Positions 45,943 to 53,942 of a stretch of 64,000 nt of DNA are shown piece after piece; positions within the stretch are counted from its first letter, which is position 1; every line of letters starts with the position of its first letter. The position numbers were made by a program, and so were the translations under genes. Where the stretch lies: the NCBI GenBank assembly GCA_031550435.1, contig JAVBOO010000024.1:823-64822 (forward strand), read 5' to 3'. This stretch comes from Eubacteriales bacterium (GTDB taxonomy: Bacteria; Bacillota; Clostridia; Lachnospirales; WRAX01). A model generated the notes under the pieces. It was not told the DNA's origin. It saw only the letters and a program-made list of their open reading frames with translations, and ran no database searches.

Positions 45943-48409
45943 CCTGCTCCATACCCTTCTTTTTCTTCTTAACGAATATTATAACAGCAGTGACAATTAC
46001 GGCGACGAACACAACCGCACCGATTATTACGGGTACCAAGTGAGCCTTTACAAATCCGATAATACCTTTTGATTCTTCGCTTGTTTCGCCGGGTATATCG
46101 GATGGTATCGGCATTCCTTCTTTGCCGCCCATATCCATCGGCATAGCTTCGGTAACATCAACTGTGTATTCGTTTACGATCTCTTTACGTTCTCCCGCAT
46201 CATCGTCATAGGTCGCGATAAGCTTCAGTGTCTGCTTTCCTGTCATATTCGGAGTAATGGTCGCGTCATAGTAATCATATGAGCCAACGGCGAAGTTGCC
46301 GTAAATTATATCGGAACCGACTGTATCAAACCCTTCGCCCTCAAACTTGATTTTCAAGTTATTAAGCGTAACTTTTCCGGTATTTTGAATCTGGAAGTTA
46401 ATATACATCGGCTGGTACTGCGGCTGTGACGGAGGGAGAAATACATCGCCTATATCGAGCTTGGAAGTCTGTTTAACATTAATGCCGATGAGCTCGGTTG
46501 TTGAAATTGTGTTGCCTTCTTCGTCCTCATATTCGATAAGAACATTTATAATATAATTTTTCGGAGAAGCGTCCGGAACGGTATACATTCTGAGGTGGTG
46601 CGATACTTCCCCTTTAGGATCAATTGAGTCCACAAAATATGTGTTGCTCATATTTACCGGTGTAAAAACGTTGCCCTTCGCTTGGGTTGTTTCGTTAACG
46701 GTGAAAACCGCTTTGATGTTCTTGACCGTCTTCGAGGCATGAGTATTCATAAATGTCACATCAAGATCAAACTCCTGGCCTGCTTGAACGATAATGGGAT
46801 TCGCTTCATACTTGCTGATAATAATCTTGGGAGTACTCTTCTTGCTCGGCTCCTCTTCGTCGTCTTTTTCCGGATTGGAAACATTAATGCCTATGTATTG
46901 ATTAAACTGCTCTTTTACGGCTGATCCGGACGAATCCGTCGTACCGTTTGAATACTCAAACGCGAAGCCGACCGTATAGCACTGTGTTTTTGCCTGTTCT
47001 GTCGGAGAAAGAGTAAATGAAACAGTTTTAGACTCTCCGATTTTAAGCGCAATGATCTGCTTTATACCTGCGGACTTCGGAACTATTGCGGCCGCGTCCG
47101 TCGGGGTCGATGTTATTTTTATGTCGGAAATATCTTTATTGCCCGTGTTTTTAACGGTTACACTGATAACCGCGGAAGCGTTCGGAGAAAACACCTGCGC
47201 CGGCTCGGTTATGCTGACAACCTCCAGCATCCCCTTTGCCGTTCCTGCCGTTTTCCCGATTACAGATACATAATACGTATACTCCGAAGAATACGCTGTT
47301 CCGGCTTTGTCCGTATACGAAAGTATAAATTTAACGGGATACGAGCCCGACTGCATACTCGGGTTTGATGAAAGCTTAAAGCTTACATTCTGTACTCCGT
47401 TTTTATCAAGATTGTTGTAGTAAGCCGATGCCGAGCTGTTAGTAACGCTGATGCTGTCGGCAGAAAGCGCGGGCATTGCAAGCTGAACGTTGTTCGCGAG
47501 CACTCCGCTTGTATTCTTGATAACAGCGTTAATTGTAAACTCATCACCGGCATTGATTTTAGAATTTGAGACCGTAAATCCGTCAAGTATAAGACGCGGC
47601 TTTTCTTCGGTCGTGCCTCCGTCGGGATTGGAAACCTTAACGAAGAATGAAGCTGTCATGTTGTGCTGCTTCTTGGCGGAATCAATATAGAGCAATTTTA
47701 TGTTTACGGTATATGTGCCCGTTACTGTGTCCTTCGGGCAATATACGTTAAGCTTAATGATATCCGAGCTTCCTGCGCTGATAAGCCTGATAGCGTTTGA
47801 CCCGTCCAGAAAAGTTGCGGTCAGCTCTTTGCTCGGTTCAACGGTCGCCGTAATCGATTCTGCCGCAGCCGTGCCGGCGTTCTTGATTCCGACGTTGACC
47901 GATATGCTGCCGCCAACCGTCGCGGACACGGCACCCGTCGGCCCCGTCATAACAAGCTCCGGCGCGAGATTCGGCGAAGGAGTCGGTGTTACGGCCGAAC
48001 TGTCAGCCTTTACCGCGACATTAATGTCAAACGATGTATATGTACTGTCTGTGCCGGACGTATATTGAATGCGTATCGTGCCGGTCTGCGTCCCCGTTCC
48101 GTCCTCAGGGTATGTGACTACTCTTACGTCAAATGATTTTGTCTCCCCGGGGTTAATCGACCCTATGTTGTCGGTTATCTCGACTCTCATAGTGCTCGAT
48201 GTTCCCGATACGCCAACAAGGGTTGCAGCTGTATCCCCGTCGTTTTTAACTTGATACGACGTTACAAACTCTCCGCCGAGCGATACGGTGAAGTTCGCAT
48301 TTCCCGTAATCTTTAAATTTGCTCCCGTCGCGGCATAAACATTTAGTACTCCAAACGACGTAAGTGCTACTATTATCGTCAATATTGCAGTAAATATTTT
48401 TCTCATCAC
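45935..48409 (-). CDS. surface protein with ~6 CARDB / COG1361-like Ig-fold repeats and a C-terminal TM anchor
   Basis: 824 aa. A signal peptide (MMRKIFTAILTIIVALTSFGVLNVYA) precedes six modules of about 110 aa, each with a ...V.N.G...A.N... pattern. The C-terminus is LVPVIIGAVVFVAVIVTAVIIFVKKKKK. It overlaps the permease start by 8 nt. Confidence 0.65.
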   Translation of the reverse strand: MMRKIFTAILTIIVALTSFGVLNVYAATGANLKITGNANFTVSLGGEFVTSYQVKNDGDTAATLVGVSGTSSTMRVEITDNIGSINPGETKSFDVRVVTYPEDGTGTQTGTIRIQYTSGTDSTYTSFDINVAVKADSSAVTPTPSPNLAPELVMTGPTGAVSATVGGSISVNVGIKNAGTAAAESITATVEPSKELTATFLDGSNAIRLISAGSSDIIKLNVYCPKDTVTGTYTVNIKLLYIDSAKKQHNMTASFFVKVSNPDGGTTEEKPRLILDGFTVSNSKINAGDEFTINAVIKNTSGVLANNVQLAMPALSADSISVTNSSASAYYNNLDKNGVQNVSFKLSSNPSMQSGSYPVKFILSYTDKAGTAYSSEYTYYVSVIGKTAGTAKGMLEVVSITEPAQVFSPNASAVISVTVKNTGNKDISDIKITSTPTDAAAIVPKSAGIKQIIALKIGESKTVSFTLSPTEQAKTQCYTVGFAFEYSNGTTDSSGSAVKEQFNQYIGINVSNPEKDDEEEPSKKSTPKIIISKYEANPIIVQAGQEFDLDVTFMNTHASKTVKNIKAVFTVNETTQAKGNVFTPVNMSNTYFVDSIDPKGEVSHHLRMYTVPDASPKNYIINVLIEYEDEEGNTISTTELIGINVKQTSKLDIGDVFLPPSQPQYQPMYINFQIQNTGKVTLNNLKIKFEGEGFDTVGSDIIYGNFAVGSYDYYDATITPNMTGKQTLKLIATYDDDAGERKEIVNEYTVDVTEAMPMDMGGKEGMPIPSDIPGETSEESKGIIGFVKAHLVPVIIGAVVFVAVIVTAVIIFVKKKKKGMEQDE

Positions 48410-48418
48410 ATACTCCTC

Positions 48419-49153
48419 TTATTCGTCTAGTTTATCCGCTTTTTCCGGCACTTCCTTCTCCGGCTTCATATTCCTCTCGATATTTTCGATATTTCCGTCT
48501 CTGATGTGAACAATAACGTCGGCAAAGGCTGCAAGTTCGAGGTTATGCGTTACCATAACAATCGTTTGTTTGTTTTTTTCGGCCATATCCTTCATGAGGT
48601 TTATCATCTCGTCTGTCGTCTTTGTATCCAGATTGCCCGTAGGCTCATCGGCAAATACAACCTGAGGATTATTCACAAACGCTCTCGCTATACTGACTCT
48701 TTGTTGCTGTCCGCCGCTCATTTGAGAAGGTTTATGCCTGAATCTGTCCTCAAGCCCGACGTTCTTAAGCATTTCCAAAGCCGCCTTGTTCCGCTTTTTC
48801 CTCGATACCCGCCTGAATATAAGCGGCAGAGTAACGTTTTCAAGCGCGGTAAGTGTCGGAAGCAAATTATACGACTGAAAGACAAAGCCTATGTACTTCT
48901 GCCTGAATATCGCAAGCTGCTTCTCGCTCATGGACTCGACATGCTTCTTGTTAAAAACTATCGTTCCCTTCGTTGGTTTTTCGAGACCGGCAATCAGATT
49001 GAGCAGCGTCGATTTTCCCGAGCCGGACTTGCCGAGAAGGCAGTAAATCTTGCCCCGCTCAAAATCCAAAGAGACATCGTTGACCGCCACAATTTTTTCG
49101 TCGCCCATTTTATAGACTTTTCTGACATTCCGTAGCTCGATTACATTTTCCAA
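48419..49153 (-). CDS. ABC transporter ATP-binding protein (MacB/LolD-type)
   Basis: Walker A GKSGSGKST, signature SGGQQQRV and Walker B VFADEPTGNLD. Confidence 0.9.
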   Translation of the reverse strand: MENVIELRNVRKVYKMGDEKIVAVNDVSLDFERGKIYCLLGKSGSGKSTLLNLIAGLEKPTKGTIVFNKKHVESMSEKQLAIFRQKYIGFVFQSYNLLPTLTALENVTLPLIFRRVSRKKRNKAALEMLKNVGLEDRFRHKPSQMSGGQQQRVSIARAFVNNPQVVFADEPTGNLDTKTTDEMINLMKDMAEKNKQTIVMVTHNLELAAFADVIVHIRDGNIENIERNMKPEKEVPEKADKLDE

Positions 49154-49248
49154 AAAACCACCTCGATTTCAATGTGTGCGCCCGCAGGCCGGTTCTCTTC
49201 GCAGTTGCCGAGAAATTCCGACGAGACCGGACGCACCGCGTTACAGCC

Positions 49249-49273
49249 GTTTAAGCCGAAAACGGTCTTAAAC
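49249..49273 (+). repeat. family D 25-nt hairpin repeat, copy D2
   Basis: GTTTAAGCCGAAAACGGTCTTAAAC. Confidence 0.6.
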
Positions 49274-49482
49274 GACCATAGCTTTGCAAAAAGCTTCACA
49301 CTCGCTCCCCACAAACTCATACGATATAATATAACATAAGTTCCTTTGAATATCCCGCAGTCAGACAAATTTAAGAAAACTTAATATTTCCTTAACAATT
49401 ATCCTTCTTGGCGCGGCCGAAAAATGGCGATAGAATCAACGCTAACCCTCTGCGTTATCCCCTCTAAACAACATTTGCGCGC

Positions 49483-49508
49483 AAAAAAACGGCCGGATTA
49501 ACCGGCCG
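49483..49508 (-). terminator. intrinsic terminator downstream of the XRE-family gene
   Basis: On the minus strand: CGGCCGG-TTAAT-CCGGCCG followed by TTTTTTT. Confidence 0.7.
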
Positions 49509-49547
49509 CCTGAATCACTTTTTGCTATTGCTTTTCTACCTATTTTA

Positions 49548-50165
49548 CTATTGCACTATATAGTCCCCGCTACTTTTTTGCATATTTTTCATAGATTTTA
49601 ATACAGTTATTACAAACTCCAGTTCATTGTCGCCCAATTTATGAATGAGGGACATAACTGATTTGTGCTTGTTGTTTGACGAAGCCGAACCTTTTTCGTG
49701 TATAGACTTAACGTCACCCGTACCTTGGCTAAACAACTCAGCAAAATCAATGCTGAACAAGTCGCAAATCTTAAGCAAAGTCTTAAGGCTCGGGCAACGC
49801 TCTCCCCTTTCGAGAAGACCGACATATGACGACGAAAGCTCAAGATAATCCGCCAAATTGTCAATTGAGAACTTTCTCAGTTTTCTGTTTGCGCGTATAT
49901 TCCTTCCGATAAGCTTACATACATCGGCAAGATAAGCGTCGGGAACACCGTCGTGTTTAGCTTCTTCGGCAACGGCAATTTGAATCTCAGGAACTGATTT
50001 TTTTCTTCCCCGCTTAGCCTTTTCAGGTTCCACAGCCGGTGCCGCAACCGGTTCTACAACCGGAGCAACCACAGCCGATTTGGGTTTGCGTCCTCTTTTT
50101 TTAGGTTCCGGCTTAACTTCTTGAATCTTTTCCTCTACCGGTATTTGTTTTTTTCCTCTTGGCAT
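49548..50165 (-). CDS. XRE-family HTH protein with an N-terminal basic region carrying two AT-hook-like KRGRK motifs
   Basis: 205 aa. KKRGRKPK and KRGRKK sit in a Pro/Val/Ala-rich N-terminal 65 aa. An HTH_3-like region follows: IGRNIRANRKLRKFSIDNLADYLELSSSYVGLLERGERCPSLKTLLKICDLF. Confidence 0.65.
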   Translation of the reverse strand: MPRGKKQIPVEEKIQEVKPEPKKRGRKPKSAVVAPVVEPVAAPAVEPEKAKRGRKKSVPEIQIAVAEEAKHDGVPDAYLADVCKLIGRNIRANRKLRKFSIDNLADYLELSSSYVGLLERGERCPSLKTLLKICDLFSIDFAELFSQGTGDVKSIHEKGSASSNNKHKSVMSLIHKLGDNELEFVITVLKSMKNMQKSSGDYIVQ

Positions 50166-50245
50166 GATATTCTCCTTTATGTAATATTTGAGCGCCCGAA
50201 TTTTTTTCTTTTTACAGGCATTTTAATACGATGCTGTGTTCTGAT

Positions 50246-50271
50246 TCTGTGTTAATTATAGTGTACACAGA
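50246..50271. promoter_or_regulatory. inverted repeat in the XRE-gene upstream region (candidate operator)
   Basis: TCTGTGT-12 nt-ACACAGA, with an extra CTGTGTT direct copy at 50234..50240. It lies about 80-105 nt upstream of the start at 50165. Confidence 0.3.
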
Positions 50272-50453
50272 ATATAACGATTTGTTACAATATAGGCTGA
50301 AATCGTAGCCGAAACCAACTCCCATATATCTACATTATACCACATTATTCTTTGAATACAATTGTATTTTAAGTTTAAAATGCTAAAAATGCATAAATAT
50401 TTTTTATAAATACTACAATTCCCGCAAATTAAAAAATTATGCATTTTCAGAAG

Positions 50454-50517
50454 TATTACTTCGGCACGAGTAACCGCGTAAGTATTTTATGCGGTATTTA
50501 ACTTCCGCGGTAGTAAC
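50454..50517 (-). repeat. family B repeat, short form B6
   Basis: The reverse complement ...CCGCGGAAGTTAAATACCGCATAAAATACTTACGCGGTTACTCGTGCCGAAGTAATA equals the long form with everything between its two GCCGA motifs deleted. Confidence 0.75.
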
Positions 50518-50619
50518 TGCAAAAAAAATAATTACAATAACGTAAAACACGCACTTTTCGAAGCAAGGTGCAAAAAACTTAAATTTTTTCGACTTAACCG
50601 TCACTTATAAATAAGTGAT

Positions 50620-50755
50620 GATTTAATCGAACGGTTGCGCCCGCAAGGGACAACCGCAAGCATCCCGATCCGCACAAAGGCAGTATGACGGCCGCTTAGG
50701 ACGAGGATGCGCGGATTAAATCAGCCGAGTATCCGTCTAAGAGTGATTTAGTCAG
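50620..50755 (+). repeat. family E structured repeat, copy E3 (uninterrupted)
   Basis: Closing stem GATTTAATC (50620..50628) / GATTAAATC (50714..50722). Inner stems are GGTTG/CAACC around CCC-GCAA-GGG, and GCATCC/GGATGC. A tail of about 33 nt follows. Confidence 0.75.
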
Positions 50756-50785
50756 CGGTTATATAGAGACGAAGGGAGCAGGTTT

Positions 50786-51958
50786 ATGAAAGCGGTTCGA
50801 AACTTAAAGACAGTTACAGGCGGTGAAAAACCTGCCGGGAAAAGGATTGCGCAGACCGCGGTTTTCGGAATCGTCACAAATGCGGCTTTGTTTGTTTTAA
50901 AACTAATGATCGGGTTTATGTCCGGCTCGGTAGCGATTACGGCCGACTCCGTGAACAACCTTTCCGATTGCGGCTCGGGCGCGGTTATGCTTATAGGCCA
51001 AAAGCTTGCCGACAATCCGGCAGATGCTGAGCATCCTTTCGGACACGGCAGGATAGAGTACATTTCGGGGCTGGTTATCGCTTTTTTAGTTTTGCTGCTC
51101 GGTTATGAGTTCGCTAAGCAGTCTTTTCTCAAAATCATCAACCCGGCCGCTTCGGAAGTGAGCGCGTTGGGCATAGTGCTGCTGACCTGCGCAGTTGCGG
51201 TAAAGGTATGGCAATGTTTTGTCTATCGAAAAACCGGCAAAGCGGTCAACTCGCCCGTACTGACAGCCGGCGCAGTCGATTCGCGCAACGACGCGATAAT
51301 AACGTCGTTCACGATATTGTCGGCTGTAGTCGCTCAAACTGCGGGTATTATAATCGACGGTTATGCCGGGATGGTAATATCAGCCTTTCTTCTGTACTCC
51401 GGAGTGCAGCTTGTTAAAGATACATTGCGGCCGATAATCGGAGCTCCCGCAGACTCAAGGCTTGCCGCCCGCATTGAAAAAACAGTCGAGCTGCACAGCG
51501 GCATACTCGCTACCCACGATTTGATAATCCACAACTACGGCCCGCGCAAGAGCTTTGCAACCATCCATATAGAAATCCCGGATACAGACAATTTGCAAAA
51601 AGCTCACACATTGGCGGACGCGATTGAAAAAAAAGTATATGAAGAAACGGGAGTAGTGCTGACAGTGCACACTGACCCCGTGAACCTGGCTGACGAGAGA
51701 ATTCTGCGTATAGTCCCGGCAGTTGTCCGTGTGCTTGAAAGCTACCCGGGAAAAGATAGGCTATCCGCCCATGATTTTAGAATAATAGACGGCAATGAAA
51801 GCTCAAAATGTTTCTTTGATGTCGTTGTTCCCCACAAATATCCCAAAGAATCGCTGAAACTTTTAACAGGTGAAATTAAAAAAGCGGTAAACGAAATCGA
51901 ACCCGAGGTTATCTGCTGTGTTAATATCGAAAACGGATATATCGGCTCAAAGGAGTAG
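50786..51958 (+). CDS. cation diffusion facilitator family transporter
   Basis: 390 aa with six TM helices, including SGSVAITADSVNNLSDC and HPFGHGRIEY, plus a C-terminal cytoplasmic domain. Confidence 0.85.
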   Translation: MKAVRNLKTVTGGEKPAGKRIAQTAVFGIVTNAALFVLKLMIGFMSGSVAITADSVNNLSDCGSGAVMLIGQKLADNPADAEHPFGHGRIEYISGLVIAFLVLLLGYEFAKQSFLKIINPAASEVSALGIVLLTCAVAVKVWQCFVYRKTGKAVNSPVLTAGAVDSRNDAIITSFTILSAVVAQTAGIIIDGYAGMVISAFLLYSGVQLVKDTLRPIIGAPADSRLAARIEKTVELHSGILATHDLIIHNYGPRKSFATIHIEIPDTDNLQKAHTLADAIEKKVYEETGVVLTVHTDPVNLADERILRIVPAVVRVLESYPGKDRLSAHDFRIIDGNESSKCFFDVVVPHKYPKESLKLLTGEIKKAVNEIEPEVICCVNIENGYIGSKE

Positions 51959-51973
51959 CATGAGGAACTGCTA

Positions 51974-52087
51974 TTATTGAGGCGACAATTAAACCATTCG
52001 CTAAACTTGGCGCCTCAATCCCCCTTAGACCCGCGGACCGGTATAAGGAGATGATTAGACCGCATGGTTTAATCGGAAGATCAATAA
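51974..52087 (+). repeat. family A repeat, copy A6 (full length, reference copy)
   Basis: TTATTGAGGCGACAATTAAACCATTCGCTAAACTTGGCGCCTCAATCCCCCTTAGACCCGCGGACCGGTATAAGGAGATGATTAGACCGCATGGTTTAATCGGAAGATCAATAA. Confidence 0.85.
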
Positions 52088-52263
52088 GGAAAGTTTGGCC
52101 GGGCGAACGAGCGATTGGGATTGTATTCCTTCCGTTAAAGTAATATAATATACTCCGGCAATAAAATACGGCAAACACGGATAAGGCTCTCAAAGCGCAC
52201 GTTTTTTCAACGCCACGAACTCCGGATGTTCCGGATAAACTATGATAACTCGGAGGTATTGTT

Positions 52264-52713
52264 ATGGGAAAAACCCTTGTTGTATACTACTCACAGACCG
52301 GCACTTGCAAAAAACTCGCGGAAGCCATTGCCGCAAAAAACGGCTGCGACATCGAGGAATTGTGCGCCGGAGGCAAAAAATCATCTTTTATTGCCAATAT
52401 ATTTAAAATGATCGCAAACAACCGAAACAACTTAGGCGAGCTTAAATTTAAGCCTTCCGGCTACGGCAAAGTAGTGATTGTTACCCCTGTTTGGGGCGCT
52501 AACGTTCCCCCTGCCATAGGAGGATATATAACAAAGTTTGCGCACGACTTGGCCGGTTTCACACTTGTCACCGTTTTTAAAGGCTCGGGCGGAGAAGCAA
52601 CGAAAAATTATATCGAGCAGACGCTGAAAGTAAAGGTTTCGGACGCGCATTACATCTTACAAAAAGACGTCTTGAGCGGAGAGGCTATGAAAAAGCTTAA
52701 CTTGAATTTGTGA
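52264..52713 (+). CDS. flavodoxin family protein
   Basis: 149 aa. MGKTLVVYYSQTGTCKKLAEAIA matches the flavodoxin FMN-binding N-terminus. GGAGG lies upstream. Confidence 0.75.
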   Translation: MGKTLVVYYSQTGTCKKLAEAIAAKNGCDIEELCAGGKKSSFIANIFKMIANNRNNLGELKFKPSGYGKVVIVTPVWGANVPPAIGGYITKFAHDLAGFTLVTVFKGSGGEATKNYIEQTLKVKVSDAHYILQKDVLSGEAMKKLNLNL

Positions 52714-52782
52714 ATTGAATAAAGTTGAAAACAAACTGCGCCGAATCTGCTCGGCGCCTGTTTATAAACCACGGAGGAATTT

Positions 52783-53847
52783 ATGAAGTACCCTGCTCTT
52801 GTAACAGACAAAGAAAAGCTTGAAACAAACGCACGCTGTTTGAAAGATTTATGCGACGCTTCCGGCGTTGAAATATGCGCAGTAACAAAATGCGTATGCG
52901 CGAATCCCGAAATTGTTGACATACTTTACTCTGCCGGTATCAGAAAGTTTGCGGATGCCAGAGTTCAGAATCTTAAAAAAATGGCTTACGTCGATGCGGA
53001 AAAATGGCTGCTCAGGATTTCGATGCCGAGTGAGGTTGAAGAAATAGTCAGATATGCGGATATCAGCCTGAACTCCGAATTATCCACAATCAGCCTGCTT
53101 TCCGATGCGGCGCTCAGACTCGGCAAAAAGCACGGCGTTTTGCTCATGATAGATCTCGGCGACCTGCGTGAAGGAGTTCTGTGCGAAAACGCGGTCAATA
53201 CTGCCGAAGAGATAATAAAACTAAAAGGCGTTGAACTCGCCGGAATCGGCACCAACTTAAACTGTTTCGGCGGAATCATACCTACTGTCGAGAACTTGAC
53301 AAGACTGTCTAATATCGCCGCCGAAATAGAAAAAAAATGCGGTATAACGCTTCGCATTGTTTCCGGAGGAAACTCCGGGTCTATACATATGATTACCGGA
53401 AAAATAATGCCGGAAAAAATCAATAACCTCAGGCTCGGAGAAGCGATTTTGTTCGGTTGGGAAACATCTTACCAACAAAATATTGAAGGGGCAAAACGTG
53501 ATGTTTTCACGCTTGAAGCACAAATAATAGAACTGAAAGAAAAACCTTCGGTTCCGATTGGTGAGTTTGGGCTAAATGCTTTCGGAGAAAAGCCGATATT
53601 TGTAGAAAGGGGACAAATGCTCCGTGCGATTGTTGCCTGCGGAAGGCAGGACGTGTCATACGAGCAGCTGAAACCTTTTGACGAAAAAATCGAGATCCTC
53701 GGATCCTCAAGCGACCACATGATTTTGGACGTGACGCATTCCGCAACAAAATACCGCGTCGGCGATATAGTTAAATTCAGACCGAGCTATGGAGCGCTGC
53801 TGTCGCTCTCGACTTCCGAATATGTATACAAGGAAATTATGCGGTAA
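52783..53847 (+). CDS. alanine/ornithine racemase family PLP-dependent enzyme
   Basis: 354 aa. The N-terminal TIM-barrel has a PLP-lysine context (CAVTKCVCANPEIV). Overall it looks like YhfX or ornithine racemase. Confidence 0.75.
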   Translation: MKYPALVTDKEKLETNARCLKDLCDASGVEICAVTKCVCANPEIVDILYSAGIRKFADARVQNLKKMAYVDAEKWLLRISMPSEVEEIVRYADISLNSELSTISLLSDAALRLGKKHGVLLMIDLGDLREGVLCENAVNTAEEIIKLKGVELAGIGTNLNCFGGIIPTVENLTRLSNIAAEIEKKCGITLRIVSGGNSGSIHMITGKIMPEKINNLRLGEAILFGWETSYQQNIEGAKRDVFTLEAQIIELKEKPSVPIGEFGLNAFGEKPIFVERGQMLRAIVACGRQDVSYEQLKPFDEKIEILGSSSDHMILDVTHSATKYRVGDIVKFRPSYGALLSLSTSEYVYKEIMR

Positions 53848-53942
53848 TTGCAGCATAATAAACATGTTTGTTGCCAACAGCGGTAATATTGATTTCAGGT
53901 ACCGGAATAGCGGGGGAAAAAGACTTTTTGTACGGAGACATT

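Noticed and set aside
49141-49368. Track ORF 49141..49368 and ORF 57544..57825.
   Set aside because: They fall in repeat-rich intergenic DNA (family D and family B respectively), with no RBS or family resemblance.
50620-50755. Metal (NiCo/czcD-type) riboswitch upstream of the CDF transporter gene.
   Set aside because: The structured sequence here is a family E repeat. It also occurs upstream of unrelated genes (11870-11990, 41186-41460), so it is not specific to the transporter.
50166-50785. Replication origin at the minus-to-plus strand-bias switch in an AT-rich gap.
   Set aside because: No TTATCCACA/TGTGGATAA-like DnaA boxes appeared on visual scan and no dnaA or dnaN is nearby. A large part of the gap is B and E repeat DNA. 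The strand switch can be a simple divergent operon boundary.
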